Under the pieces are notes generated by a model, which worked only from the letters and a program-made list of their open reading frames with translations, was not told where the DNA came from and ran no database searches. The position numbers and the translations under genes are program-made. Below, one piece after another: positions 34,469 through 44,836 of a DNA stretch of 52,509 nt. Source of the DNA: Bacteroidales bacterium (GTDB lineage Bacteria > Bacteroidota > Bacteroidia > Bacteroidales > Muribaculaceae). The DNA is taken from NCBI GenBank assembly GCA_020859755.1, contig JAJBVP010000290.1, positions 1 through 52,509 of the forward strand, in the 5' to 3' direction. Within the stretch, counting starts at the first letter, position 1. Every line of letters starts with the position of its first letter.

Positions 34469-35745
34469 AGCCGATAATTACACTAATAGTATTCGCGGTG
34501 TGGGGGCTGCAAGCCTTTGGATTAACCCTCGGCGAGGCACGTCAACAGGCCTCCGAGCGCTATCCGCTGATGCGTGATTACCAGCTGATTGACCTCACAG
34601 AGCAGTATAATCTCAGCAACGCTCAAAAGGCATGGCTCCCACAGCCCACTCTTGGCGCACAGGGCGTGTGGCAATCAACCGTGGCCGCTTATCCCGATGT
34701 ATTGAGCGAAATGCTGGAGCAGCGTGGCCTAAACCTGCGTGGCGTAGGACATTTCCAGTACAAAGTCTCCCTTGATGTCGCCCAAACGATCTATGACGGC
34801 GGTCGCATCTCTGCCTCCAAAGACATGATCAAAGCCCAAAGCCGCGAGGATGCCATGTCCAACGAGGTTGAATTGTACACGCTGCGTGGCCGTATCGACG
34901 ACCTTTTCTTCTCCATCCTGTTGATGGAGAGGCAAAAAGCCACCCTTGAGCAAACCGACACCCTGCTCCAAGCCAATCTCAACCGGGTAAACACGCTTGT
35001 TGACAACGGCGCGGCTATGCTTTCCGACGCCGATGCCATTGCGGTAGAGCAGCTATCCACCCGTCAGCAAATCACCTCGGTATCAGCCACTATCGACGCC
35101 TACCGCAAGGTGCTGGGGTTGTATCTGGGCACCGACGGTCGGGAAACATTGGAAATCCCCTCGCCAATACTTTTGCCCCAAGACGACTCAGCGGTTAATC
35201 GCCCTGAATGGCAAGCGCTTGACGCTCGCCAATCAATATTGGACGCACAAGAACGCCAAGTGCGCGCTTCCCTTCTCCCCACCGTGGGCGCCTTTGCCCA
35301 AGGATCCTGGGGATATCCCGGAGCCAACTTCATGGAAGCGATGACCAACCGAGATCCTAAATGGGGAGCGACCATCGGATTGTCGGCATCGTGGTCGATC
35401 GGCGAGCTGTACACCCGCAAGGGCCGACTGTCGCAAATTGACGCGCAGCGCAAGCGTATTGACGTGGCCAAGGATGTGTTCCAATTCAACACCTCGCTCC
35501 AAGCCACCCAGCAGCGCGCCGACATCCAGCGGCTCATAGATATCTCCAAAGCCGATGACGAGATTGTGGCACTGCGGCAGCGGGTAAGACTCGCCTCCGA
35601 GGCTCGCTTGCGTGAGGGTATCGTAGAACCCACCGACCTGCTCCTGCGCATCATCGATGAGCGCAATGCAATAATCGCCGCTGAAAGCCATTATATAGAA
35701 TTGCTCAAAGCCCAATACTCACTGCAAAATACTTTAAACCAATGA
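34465..35745 (+). CDS. TolC-family outer-membrane efflux protein.
   Basis: Signal peptide, two-repeat coiled architecture, and typical start LTLGEARQQASERYPL. ATGA overlap with the TetR gene. Confidence 0.85.
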   Translation: MKPIITLIVFAVWGLQAFGLTLGEARQQASERYPLMRDYQLIDLTEQYNLSNAQKAWLPQPTLGAQGVWQSTVAAYPDVLSEMLEQRGLNLRGVGHFQYKVSLDVAQTIYDGGRISASKDMIKAQSREDAMSNEVELYTLRGRIDDLFFSILLMERQKATLEQTDTLLQANLNRVNTLVDNGAAMLSDADAIAVEQLSTRQQITSVSATIDAYRKVLGLYLGTDGRETLEIPSPILLPQDDSAVNRPEWQALDARQSILDAQERQVRASLLPTVGAFAQGSWGYPGANFMEAMTNRDPKWGATIGLSASWSIGELYTRKGRLSQIDAQRKRIDVAKDVFQFNTSLQATQQRADIQRLIDISKADDEIVALRQRVRLASEARLREGIVEPTDLLLRIIDERNAIIAAESHYIELLKAQYSLQNTLNQ

Positions 35746-36635
35746 AATATTACAGATTTATATACTATTGCTTTAGCCTATTACCAGTAGCTTGCTCTTC
35801 ATCAAGCGATTTCGACGCCCAAGGCACATTTCAAGCCACTGAGGTAACAGTATCCTCCGAGGCAACCGGGCGTATCCTTTGGCTCAATGTCGAGGAAGGT
35901 GACAGCGTCATCCAAGGACACGTAATCGGCCAAATTGACACAGTACAATTGACACTGCAAAGAGCCGAGCTCCTCCAGCAGCGTAAAGCCTTGATGGAAT
36001 CACTGCCCGACGTACAGAAACAGGCGCAATCCCTGCGCGAGCAGATCGCAGGAGCCACCACCGACCGCGACCGCATAGCCCGACTCCTATCCGCTGGCGC
36101 CGCTACCCAACAACAATTGGACAACCTCAACACCCAAGTCGCCTCCCTTCAGGGCCAGCTCGACGGCTTGATATCCCAGCTCTCAACAACAACGGCGTCA
36201 ACCGTGAGCAAAGCCGATGCCATCGACTCGCAATTGGCCGCAATCGACGACAAAATCGCTAAATCGGCCATCGTCGCCCCCATTTCAGGAACGGTTTTGG
36301 CAAAGTACGCCGAGCCGGGCGAAGTCGCCGCATATGGAACCCCCATATGCAAGCTGGCCGACATCTCCAACATCTACCTGCGCGCCTACTTCACCAGCGA
36401 CCAGCTCGAGCACGTGAAGATCGGACAGAAAGTGAAGGTTGTGGCCGATTATGGCGGTGGCAACACCCGCGACTACCAAGGCACCATCACCTACATCGCC
36501 ACCCAGAGCGAATTCACCCCAAAGACTATCCAAACCGCCGACTCTCGAGCCAACCTCGTCTACGCCACCAAGATTACAGTTCCCAACCCCGACCACGCCC
36601 TCAATCTTGGTCTTACCGGCAACGTAATCTTATAG
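35742..36635 (+). CDS. HlyD-family periplasmic adaptor (YbhG-like), lipoprotein.
   Basis: Lipobox LLPVAC. Lipoyl-like GRILWLNVEEGDSV. A coiled-coil segment. ISGTVLAKYAEPGEVA beta-barrel motif. Confidence 0.85.
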   Translation: MKYYRFIYYCFSLLPVACSSSSDFDAQGTFQATEVTVSSEATGRILWLNVEEGDSVIQGHVIGQIDTVQLTLQRAELLQQRKALMESLPDVQKQAQSLREQIAGATTDRDRIARLLSAGAATQQQLDNLNTQVASLQGQLDGLISQLSTTTASTVSKADAIDSQLAAIDDKIAKSAIVAPISGTVLAKYAEPGEVAAYGTPICKLADISNIYLRAYFTSDQLEHVKIGQKVKVVADYGGGNTRDYQGTITYIATQSEFTPKTIQTADSRANLVYATKITVPNPDHALNLGLTGNVIL

Positions 36636-36668
36636 CACTCTTTAACCCTTTCATTCTTTCCTCTTTAA

Positions 36669-38192
36669 ATGAATGCCATAGAGGTCGAAAATATCAGTAA
36701 AAGCTACGGATCGGTAAAGGCTCTCGACAACGTCTCCCTCTCGGTGGGGGAGAGCGAGATCGTGGGTTTGATCGGTCCCGACGGTGCCGGCAAAACCACC
36801 CTCTTCCGCATCCTCGCCACTCTCCTTCTCCCCGACTCGGGCCATGCTCTTATTGACGGCATCGACGTGGAGAAGGCGCGCAGGCAAGTGCGCTCATCCA
36901 TCGGCTACATGCCTGGACGTTTCTCCCTCTACCCCGACCTCTCAGTCAAGGAAAACATCGAATTTTACGCCTCGGTATTTGGCGTGCCCGTAAAGAAAGG
37001 GTACCAACTTATAGCCCCAGTGTACCAACAAATCGCGCCGTTCGCCAGGCGTCCCGCAGGCAAATTATCGGGTGGAATGAAGCAGAAATTAGCCCTGTGT
37101 TGCGCGTTAATCCACCGCCCCAAGGTGCTGTTGCTCGACGAACCCACAACTGGCGTGGACGTGGTGAGCCGACAAGAATTCTGGGATCTGCTCTACGACC
37201 TCCGCTCCCAGGGCATCGCTATCCTCGCCTCCACACCCTACATGGACGAAGCTCATCGCTGCCAACGCGTAGCGCTGATTTCGCAAGGTCGAATCATGGA
37301 AACCGACACTCCCGACAACCTGCTACAAAAGCACGCTTGCTCCACTGTCGAGGACGTATTCATCAAGCTGATGGATCAGAAATCGACCTCTACGGCCACC
37401 TCCGGGCATTCCTCGGGCGAGAGGCCACGGTGCCCCGCGATTTCATCGCGGGAAGCTGAGCCCCCCTCCATCACCGTCCAAGGTCTTACCAAACGTTTCG
37501 GCGACTTTACCGCCGTCGACAATATCACTTTCGACGTGGCCAAGGGCGAGATTTTCGGCTTCCTCGGTGCTAATGGAGCAGGCAAAACCACAGCCATGCG
37601 CATGTTGACCGGTCTTAGCATCCCCACTGAAGGACGCGGCACTGTGGGGGGCTACGACGTGCTCACCCAAGGAGAGGAGATCAAGCGCCATATCGGCTAC
37701 ATGAGCCAGCGTTTCTCCCTTTACGACGACCTTTCCGTGTGGGACAACATCCACTTCTTCGGTGGCATTTACGGCATGCGCCCAAAAGAAATCGACCGCA
37801 ACGGCCGACGCCTCCTGGAGGAACTACGCTTCTACGACCGTCGCCAGGAAAAAGTGGCCGACATCCCCCTTGGCTGGAAACAAAAGCTGGCATTCGCTGT
37901 CGCTATGCTCCACGACCCCTCCATCGTGTTCCTCGACGAGCCCACCGGAGGAGTCGACCCCGTCGTGCGTCGTCAATTCTGGGACTTGATTCGCTCGGCA
38001 GCCGATCGTGGCGTCACAATTTTCGTCACAACCCATTACATGGACGAGGCCGAGTTGTGCGACCGCGTGTCGATTATGGTCGACGGCAAAATCGCGGCAA
38101 TAGGAAGTCCCACGGAGTTAAAACAACAAATGCACTCCAATACCATGCAACAAGTGTTCTATCTACTGGCCAGGGAGGGGCAACGACAATGA
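36669..38192 (+). CDS. ABC transporter ATP-binding protein with two fused NBDs (YbhF-like).
   Basis: Walker A GPDGAGKTT and GANGAGKTT. Signatures LSGGMKQKL and PLGWKQKLAFA. Walker B LLLDEPT and VFLDEPT. Confidence 0.93.
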   Translation: MNAIEVENISKSYGSVKALDNVSLSVGESEIVGLIGPDGAGKTTLFRILATLLLPDSGHALIDGIDVEKARRQVRSSIGYMPGRFSLYPDLSVKENIEFYASVFGVPVKKGYQLIAPVYQQIAPFARRPAGKLSGGMKQKLALCCALIHRPKVLLLDEPTTGVDVVSRQEFWDLLYDLRSQGIAILASTPYMDEAHRCQRVALISQGRIMETDTPDNLLQKHACSTVEDVFIKLMDQKSTSTATSGHSSGERPRCPAISSREAEPPSITVQGLTKRFGDFTAVDNITFDVAKGEIFGFLGANGAGKTTAMRMLTGLSIPTEGRGTVGGYDVLTQGEEIKRHIGYMSQRFSLYDDLSVWDNIHFFGGIYGMRPKEIDRNGRRLLEELRFYDRRQEKVADIPLGWKQKLAFAVAMLHDPSIVFLDEPTGGVDPVVRRQFWDLIRSAADRGVTIFVTTHYMDEAELCDRVSIMVDGKIAAIGSPTELKQQMHSNTMQQVFYLLAREGQRQ

Positions 38193-39262
38193 CACGCCTC
38201 GGCGCAATGATTCGCAAAGAGACCCTTCACGTGCTGCGCGACCGTCGAATGCTCCTGGTGGTGCTGGCTATTCCCGTGGTGCAGATGCTCCTATTCGGTT
38301 TTGCCATATCCACCGAAGTCAACCGCGTAGACGTGGTTGTTGCCTGGCTGACCTACACCGATGCCGACCGCCAAGCAGTAGAGCGCCTTGCCGCCAACCC
38401 CTACATCAACCTTGTGGGTAGCGTGCCGATGAGCCAAGTGCACGACGCCTTACGCCGAGGCGACGCACAAGCCGCCGTGGTCTTCGGACAACATCCCGCT
38501 GATGTGCAGATACTCGTCGACGCCTCCAACCCCAACATCGCTCAATCAGCCCAGATCTACCTCCAATCGATCCTTTCCTCCCCCTCTTTTGGGGCCAATC
38601 CTCCCAGCGGTTCCGTCGCCGGGATGCCATCCACTCGCATGCTCTACAATCCCCAGCTCAAAAGCGGCTACAACTTCGTCCCTGGAATCATGGGGATGCT
38701 CTTCCTGCTCGTGTGCGCCCTGATGACCGCCGTGGCCATCGTCCGTGAAAAAGAGACGGGCACCATGGAGCTACTACTGGTGTCTCCCGCTCGGCCGTGG
38801 CAGATAATCGTGAGCAAGATGGTGCCATTCTTCGCCCTGTCGTGCGTCGACCTCGCCCTGGTGCTTCTAATAGCTCGATACGCCCTTGAGGTGCCAATGA
38901 CAGCCGGAATCTCACCGATTGTGCTGGTCACCCTCCTCTACGTGGCCCTCTCGCTCGGATTCGGGCTGCTGGTATCCACCATTTCCTCCAACCAAGTGAT
39001 GGCAATGCTCATCTGCGGAATGGTGATGATCCTGCCCGTGATTATGCTTTCGGGGCTGTTGTTTCCCATCGACAACCTTCCAGTTGTGCTTAAACAGCTC
39101 TCGGCTATCGTCCCCGCGCGCTGGTACATCTCAGCCATGCGCAAATTGATGATCCAAGGGCTTTCCTTATCCGATGTGGTCCTCGAAGTGGCCATTTTGG
39201 CCGGTACCACCCTTCTCATTTTCACTGTGGCTATGCGCAAATTTAACGACCGACTGCAATAA
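38189..39262 (+). CDS. ABC-2 type transporter permease (YbhS/YbhR-like).
   Basis: MTRLGAMIRKETLHVLRDRRMLLVVLAIPVVQMLLFGFA plus a multi-TM C-terminal half. ATGA overlap with the ATPase gene. The ORF-track start at 37739 was rejected. Confidence 0.88.
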   Translation: MTRLGAMIRKETLHVLRDRRMLLVVLAIPVVQMLLFGFAISTEVNRVDVVVAWLTYTDADRQAVERLAANPYINLVGSVPMSQVHDALRRGDAQAAVVFGQHPADVQILVDASNPNIAQSAQIYLQSILSSPSFGANPPSGSVAGMPSTRMLYNPQLKSGYNFVPGIMGMLFLLVCALMTAVAIVREKETGTMELLLVSPARPWQIIVSKMVPFFALSCVDLALVLLIARYALEVPMTAGISPIVLVTLLYVALSLGFGLLVSTISSNQVMAMLICGMVMILPVIMLSGLLFPIDNLPVVLKQLSAIVPARWYISAMRKLMIQGLSLSDVVLEVAILAGTTLLIFTVAMRKFNDRLQ

Positions 39263-40392
39263 TGACAGCACTCAAAGCAATACTCATAAAAGAGGTAAGG
39301 CAGTTGCGAGCCAATCCGTTCTTGCCTAGGCTATGCCTCATGCTTCCCCTGATGGTAATGCTGGTGTTGCCACTAGTCACCACAATGGAAGTAAAACACG
39401 TGCAAGTGGCAGTTGTCGACCACGACCACTCACAACTCACCCATCGCATCATTTCCGACATCCGCGCCAACGAATATACCACCCTCCAGGCGGTTGTCTC
39501 CACCCGCGAGCAAGCCATCAAACTGATCGAAAGCGGCCGTGCCGACGTAGTGGTTGAATTCCCCCGCGGATTCAGCAAATCCGTCGACATTGGCTCCCCC
39601 CTTGACGTAAGCGTTAATGCCAACGCCGTCAACGCCACCAAAGCCTCCCTTGGCTCCCAATACATCACCCAAATCATCACCCAAGCCACCCTTAACCACT
39701 CACAGCCTACCGTTAACAACCCCCTCGCTCCCACTGCATCTCACGGGTCCTATTCGGCTATATCCTCTACCCAGTTCCTATATAACCCCACACTCGAATA
39801 CCGCCACTTCATGATTCCCGCGCTGATGATCATGCTCTTGGTGATGATCTGTGGATTCCTCCCAGCCCTCAACATCGTGGGAGAAAAAGAACGAGGGACA
39901 ATCGAGCAAATCAACGTTTCCCCAGTCTCTCAACTCACCTTCACCCTCGGCAAACTCATCCCCTACTGGGTCATTGGAATCCTCGTCCTTACCCTGGCCA
40001 TGGTCATAGCCGGACTCGTGTGGGGATTGTGGCCACAAGGCAATTGGAGCGTCATCTACCTCGCCGCGGCCCTAATGATCGTGCTAATGTCATCCATGGC
40101 ACTGCTGATCGCCAACTTCTCCGACACCATGCAGCAAGCAATGCTCGTGATGTTCTTCTTCGTCATGGTCTTCATTCTCATGAGCGGACTCATGACTCCC
40201 GTCGAATCCATGCCCGATTGGGCCTATCGTACCACCTACGCCATCCCTCCACGCTACTTCGTGTCGATTATGCGCGCCACCTACCTACGCGGAGCCACCC
40301 TCCTCGAGCAGCTCCCACAATTGGGCGCCCTCGCGGCATTCGCCCTCGCTTTCACCGTCGCCGCTATTGCCACTTACCGAAAAAGACACTAA
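39262..40392 (+). CDS. ABC-2 type transporter permease, second copy.
   Basis: MTALKAILIKEVRQLRANPFL... plus a multi-TM C-terminal half. TAATG overlap with the preceding permease gene. Confidence 0.88.
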   Translation: MTALKAILIKEVRQLRANPFLPRLCLMLPLMVMLVLPLVTTMEVKHVQVAVVDHDHSQLTHRIISDIRANEYTTLQAVVSTREQAIKLIESGRADVVVEFPRGFSKSVDIGSPLDVSVNANAVNATKASLGSQYITQIITQATLNHSQPTVNNPLAPTASHGSYSAISSTQFLYNPTLEYRHFMIPALMIMLLVMICGFLPALNIVGEKERGTIEQINVSPVSQLTFTLGKLIPYWVIGILVLTLAMVIAGLVWGLWPQGNWSVIYLAAALMIVLMSSMALLIANFSDTMQQAMLVMFFFVMVFILMSGLMTPVESMPDWAYRTTYAIPPRYFVSIMRATYLRGATLLEQLPQLGALAAFALAFTVAAIATYRKRH

Positions 40393-40428
40393 CTTCGCGA
40401 CAAACAACAACCATCAACTCCCACCCCC

Positions 40429-40722
40429 ATGAACCACAACATGACGTCGGGCGAATTTCGAGGCCTCTTGGTCGTCATCTCACTGGTGGCCTGCGCAATC
40501 ATTGCGGTGGCCATCGTACGAGGATGCCAATCCGACAATCCACCCCTCACGATCTCCCCCGACTCAATACAAGCTGTCATCAACCGCTCCGACTCTATCT
40601 CCTCCACCAAGAAAACACGCAAAACACGCAAAGACTCCACCCGAAAATCCGTCCCCAAATCCCCCCGCAAGCCAATAAACCGAACATCCCCCCACGACCA
40701 GCCAGTCCCCGCTCTCCCTTAA
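40429..40722 (+). CDS. Hypothetical small membrane-anchored protein with a basic, low-complexity tail.
   Basis: One TM helix (LLVVISLVACAIIAVAIV) followed by a K/R/S/P-rich tail. It may be a remnant. Coding status is uncertain. Confidence 0.35.
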   Translation: MNHNMTSGEFRGLLVVISLVACAIIAVAIVRGCQSDNPPLTISPDSIQAVINRSDSISSTKKTRKTRKDSTRKSVPKSPRKPINRTSPHDQPVPALP

Positions 40723-40939
40723 CCTCTCCCACTAACCCACCTTGGTATTGAGCCTTAAACCTCCAAGGAGACATTACCTTCCGGATAGGTTAATGATTTT
40801 TAGCCAGTTTACGAGCCTAAATTTTGATTTGCCACAGGTGGTAGTGTTTTTCGTGGTTAAAATTCATTCGGCGAATGGCTACTACCCATCACCCAAAGTT
40901 AAATATAGTTAAATATGGAATCATTTCAACTATTCTCGC

Positions 40940-40947
40940 TAAATTTG
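40940..40947 (+). promoter_or_regulatory. Candidate -7 promoter box TAAATTTG for ssrA.
   Basis: Exact TAnnTTTG match 22 nt upstream of the mature tmRNA 5' end. Confidence 0.5.
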
Positions 40948-40969
40948 CATGCTTAAATCATAACATCTC

Positions 40970-41369
40970 GGGGCTGACTGGCTTTGACAGCGTGTAGAGG
41001 TGGTACGCAAGCATGCCGAGCGATGATGGCTACGCTCGTTAATCAGAGACATCACCAATTTTAAATGGCGAAAACAACTACGCTCTTGCTGCGTAACCGA
41101 AGTACAGTAGGTTAGCTTAATCGCCGCGACAGTCGTGGCGACAAGACATCACCCGGAAGTTAAACGTCCCGAGACAGTCCGATCAGGTGGTGCACGCAAA
41201 TCGGGAATAGGCCCCGCTCCGCTCCGTGGCGAGGCCGAAAAATTAGGAGATAAGCCCTGGGCACAGGCTGCCGCTCGCCTACCCGGAGACGAAAACCAAC
41301 GAGAGGATAAGCATGTAGAAACCGTATTGTTTCCACGTTTGGACGAGGGTTCAACCCCCTCCAGCTCCA
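40970..41369 (+). ncRNA. ssrA: tmRNA (transfer-messenger RNA), tag peptide GENNYALAA.
   Basis: 5' end GGGGCTGACTGGCTTTGACAGCG. Tag ORF GGC GAA AAC AAC TAC GCT CTT GCT GCG TAA at 41067-41096. 3' end TTTGGACGAGGGTTCAACCCCCTCCAGCTCCA, which pairs with the 5' acceptor. Confidence 0.97.
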
Positions 41370-41395
41370 CAATACTAAGGCGAAAGCCGACGAAA

Positions 41396-41429
41396 AATCC
41401 TGTAATTTTCTGAATTGCAGGATTTTATT
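41396..41429 (+). terminator. Rho-independent terminator after ssrA.
   Basis: 12-bp stem AATCCTGTAATT / AATTGCAGGATT with one G-T pair, followed by TTATT. Confidence 0.7.
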
Positions 41430-41560
41430 GTATACTGAACGATGAAATAAACGCAATGGAGAGAAAGCCGATTTAACCACGGCTTACACCGATAACATGG
41501 AATTTGATAGGAGAATTTTTGCGGTGAGTAGTTACCCTTAGTTGCGGGATGTGAGGTCCT

Positions 41561-41603
41561 TAAAAGGGGATGGCGCCTCGGGGGAGAGTCCCGGGGCGCC
41601 ATC
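41561..41603 (-). terminator. Rho-independent terminator of the 41680-44787 gene.
   Basis: GC-rich hairpin GATGGCGCCTCGGGG / CCCGGGGCGCCATC. On the minus strand CCCCTTTTAAGG follows. Confidence 0.7.
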
Positions 41604-41679
41604 GCTTCTATCACATCAATTAACGGGATCTAATTTTGCGAATGGTCTCTGTATGTAAAGTCAGGCTTGGGGATGGATC

Positions 41680-44600
41680 CTATTTCACGAGGATCTTGGT
41701 GGAGCTGCTGGCGGCGTCAACGGCGATGTAGATGTTGCCAGCGGCGGGATTGGCCACGCGACGGCCCTGGAGGTCGTACAGGGTGACGTTCTGGAGCTGG
41801 TCGGCCGTGATCAACATCACGCCGTCGCTTTCAGCGGTGAGGCGGATGTCGAGATACTGCGAGTCCTCGTCAACCTTCACCGTTGAGGCGTGGGTGTAAT
41901 CCTTGTAGCCCTCGGCTGTAACCGATACGGTGTACTCCAATGCGGGCTGGTAGATATCGGCGCTAAATTGGCCTTCGGCGTTGGTGATGGCCGTGTAGAT
42001 CACGTCGTCGGATTGGATGGTGACGGTGGCTCCTACCACGGGGGTGTCGTATTTGTCGGTAACGGTACCGTATACCATATTGAGGTCAATCGAGTAGTAG
42101 AACACGGTCACAGGCAGCGAGTTGGCCACGCGGGTGTACTTGCCGTAGTATTCATCCCAGCCTACAACGGCGTATGAGGCCATCGAGGTGTCGTACTGGA
42201 GATACATCGAGCGGCAACCATAGGTAGAGGTGGTGGTGCCGTTGGCTTTCCACGAGTCGCTCTCGAAGTCGAGGTTGAGCGCCAAGTCATTGCCATCGTA
42301 AACGTAACCGTCGGGGAACTCAACGGTAAGGATCTCGCGAGCTACCTTCTCCTCGTCGAGCGCCTCGGTGAGGGTCACGGCGTCGGCCAGCGTGGTCGAC
42401 TCGGTGAAGTCGAGGGGATGGTTGGAGTAGGTCTGCGATGCGTTGATGCTGGAGGAGTCGAAGGTGCCTTGGTCGGTCAGCGACATTGCCTTGATGGTGA
42501 CGCTTCCGTTGTACACCTCCTTGGCGTAGTGAGTGGGGTCGTTGTAACCCATATAGCCGATACCCACAATATTCAAGCCCGGGTTAACGCCATACTTGGC
42601 AAGGTAGGAAGCCGGGTAAACGTTCTGGGCAATCGACTTGCCATGGTAGATGTCAATGCCGGGAACCGAGGTGGTGTAGTAACTGCAGCAGGCCTGTGAG
42701 GTGGAGCCTTCGCCAACTACGATGGAGCCCATGGCCGATTCGGCTTTGACCGTGATGGTCTGAACGGGGGTGGTCAAGTCAACCACGTCGTCCTTCTTCC
42801 ACTCCATGTACACCTCGATGTCGCCGGTGGCGTGGGGAGTGTAGGTGAAGGTGTAGGTGACCGAGGAGGCGGCATCGATGTCAACGCTCTCGGCGGTGGC
42901 TACAACCTCATCGTCAATGTAGAGCACGGCTGTGTGTTCGGCAGCTTCCTGGGCGGCGCCGAGGTTGCGGACGGTCATCGAGAAGTTCATTTTGTTGTTG
43001 ACGGTGGCCGACTTGGGATAGTCGTAGGTGGAGATCAACAGGTCGTCCTCAACGTCCACGGTTCCGGGCATGAACAGGTCGTCGATGGTCACGTATTGGC
43101 CCTCAAACTTCAGCCAGTACTCTCCACCGGGGATCTCTACGGTGATAGTCTTGGGGTTGTAGTCAAGCTGGCCGTCAAGGTAAGCGGTGTTGATGAAGCT
43201 AGGCTGGTAGTAGCTCGACGTGGGGCCGTAGCAGGTCAACATCTCCCAATTCAAGCGGTCGGTAGAGTAGCTTACTGCGATACCATGGGAGTAGTAGGTG
43301 CCCTTGGCGGCGCAGAGGAACGACAGCTCGTCGTATTCACCGTCCACCTTGATCTTCGGGGTGATGAAGTAGTTGGAGGTCGACGATGAGGAGTGGCTAA
43401 GCACTTGGGAGCCGTAGTAGCTGTCGGTCTGTACCGACCAGTTGGTGCCATCCTCAAAGATCCAGGCACCCTCGGGGCGTCCACCGATCGAGTAGTTCTC
43501 GAAGTCCTCAAAGAAGCGCGAGGGATCGGGCACGGTAGCCTTGTAGCTTACGGGGATGGTGCCCATCTCCTCAACGACGAATTCAAAGTCGCCAGAAATG
43601 CTGCCACCCTCCTCAGGTGCAGTGAGGGTAACAACGATGTTCTTGGAGTAGGGCGAACTTTGCTGGGTGTAGACGGTGAAGGGGAACTCGCAGTCCACAG
43701 CGATGTTCTCGGGAGCGGCGGCTCCGTCCTTGCCCTGGATACCGGTCACAACCAGGTTGCGGCCACCACCATTTTTCAGTACGATGGTCTTGGAGGCGGT
43801 GCCACCCGATTTCACCATACCGAAGTCGATGGGCGAGGTCTTGTAGTCGCCCGAGCCGCTCGAGGGGTTGAGGTAGTAGCAGAAGGTGTAGTCGTAGAGG
43901 TTGATGTACATGCTGCCGCTGTACTTGTTGCCCGTGGCGGTCTCGTAAACCGACAGGGAGTGCTGCGTACCACCATCACATGATGCTCCCGACTCCTCAA
44001 AGATGCTCTTGTTGAACGGGAACGTGATGTTGTAGAAATAGGTGTTAGCGCCTACGGCAAACTCCGAGTCGATATAGGAGGTCTCGCCTACCTGCACGCC
44101 ACCGGCCGTGTTGTCAAACACTTGGATACCGATCTCGTTGGCGTCGTAGCTGTAGTCGCCCTTGTTTACCAGTTGCACGGTGAGGGTGACAGTGCCGTTG
44201 CCATCAGCGTCAAGGAAGGTGTTGGACGACCCCGAGTTGTAGCACGAGTTGATCACGATATTTTCGGTAAGGCTGGTGGGCACGTAGGTGAAACTGTTGA
44301 TAGCGCCACCGCTGATGAGGAAAGCGATCGGGGTTTCCTCGTCTACTGTACCCGAGAAATCGTAGTAGGTATAGGTCGAGGCGCAGTCGTCGGACGCGAT
44401 CTCGCAGATCACGCTTCCGATGGTCCACACGCCGTCACCGTCCTTGGAGGCCTTGCAGATCTTGGCGTAGCCAGCCGAGTTGTATTTCTGGAACTGGAAG
44501 GAGATGGCGCCCGAGAAGGTCATGCTGCCGGTGACGATGTAACGCTCCGAGCCTTCCGTCTGGGAAGCGTAGGTGTACATGTAGTTGGTGTTGTTGTACG

Positions 44601-44787
44601 ACGCACTGGTGGCATTATAGGTGATGGAGCCATCGCCCACATACTCCCAGTCGCCCGAGGCTGAGTACCCCACATAGGAGGTGAAGTCGAGCGTCTTTGA
44701 CGACAGCTCGGCCGCGGTTTTGGCTTGGGCGACAGGTGCCATTACGGCCGCTGCTGCCAAGCACAGATTAACAATTAACTTTTTCAT
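41680..44787 (-). CDS. Large secreted surface protein (1035 aa) with a lectin/cleaved-adhesin-like module, a carboxypeptidase-regulatory-like domain and a T9SS C-terminal sorting domain.
   Basis: Signal peptide MKKLIVNLCLAAAAVMAPVAQA. CarboxypepD_reg-like VYGTVTDKYDTPVVGATVTIQSDD...NAEGQF. C-terminus VTLYDLQGRRVANPAAGNIYIAV...KILVK. Confidence 0.85.
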   Translation of the reverse strand: MKKLIVNLCLAAAAVMAPVAQAKTAAELSSKTLDFTSYVGYSASGDWEYVGDGSITYNATSASYNNTNYMYTYASQTEGSERYIVTGSMTFSGAISFQFQKYNSAGYAKICKASKDGDGVWTIGSVICEIASDDCASTYTYYDFSGTVDEETPIAFLISGGAINSFTYVPTSLTENIVINSCYNSGSSNTFLDADGNGTVTLTVQLVNKGDYSYDANEIGIQVFDNTAGGVQVGETSYIDSEFAVGANTYFYNITFPFNKSIFEESGASCDGGTQHSLSVYETATGNKYSGSMYINLYDYTFCYYLNPSSGSGDYKTSPIDFGMVKSGGTASKTIVLKNGGGRNLVVTGIQGKDGAAAPENIAVDCEFPFTVYTQQSSPYSKNIVVTLTAPEEGGSISGDFEFVVEEMGTIPVSYKATVPDPSRFFEDFENYSIGGRPEGAWIFEDGTNWSVQTDSYYGSQVLSHSSSSTSNYFITPKIKVDGEYDELSFLCAAKGTYYSHGIAVSYSTDRLNWEMLTCYGPTSSYYQPSFINTAYLDGQLDYNPKTITVEIPGGEYWLKFEGQYVTIDDLFMPGTVDVEDDLLISTYDYPKSATVNNKMNFSMTVRNLGAAQEAAEHTAVLYIDDEVVATAESVDIDAASSVTYTFTYTPHATGDIEVYMEWKKDDVVDLTTPVQTITVKAESAMGSIVVGEGSTSQACCSYYTTSVPGIDIYHGKSIAQNVYPASYLAKYGVNPGLNIVGIGYMGYNDPTHYAKEVYNGSVTIKAMSLTDQGTFDSSSINASQTYSNHPLDFTESTTLADAVTLTEALDEEKVAREILTVEFPDGYVYDGNDLALNLDFESDSWKANGTTTSTYGCRSMYLQYDTSMASYAVVGWDEYYGKYTRVANSLPVTVFYYSIDLNMVYGTVTDKYDTPVVGATVTIQSDDVIYTAITNAEGQFSADIYQPALEYTVSVTAEGYKDYTHASTVKVDEDSQYLDIRLTAESDGVMLITADQLQNVTLYDLQGRRVANPAAGNIYIAVDAASSSTKILVK

Positions 44788-44836
44788 AAAAATTGGTTTT
44801 ATTTGGGTAAATTACAAGTGAATTTCTAGGGGATGG

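Noticed and set aside
37739-38188. N-terminal 150-codon extension of the first ABC-2 permease ORF.
   Set aside because: It is an Arg/Pro-rich off-frame reading of the ATPase gene. The ATG at 38189 overlaps the ATPase stop (ATGA) and gives a typical permease N-terminus.
40020-40751. 243-aa Arg/His/Pro-rich ORF.
   Set aside because: It is an off-frame reading of the second permease gene and the downstream small ORF.
41135-41614. ORFs at 41135..41413, 41149..41370, 41160..41480 and 41375..41614.
   Set aside because: All overlap the tmRNA gene or its terminator, and the tmRNA identification is far stronger.
40723-41679. A second integrated element at ssrA, since tmRNA genes are common integration sites.
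   Set aside because: I found no second copy of the tmRNA 3' end (CCCTCCAGCTCCA) downstream in the window and no integrase nearby. The flanks are just about 250 bp of non-coding DNA with terminators.
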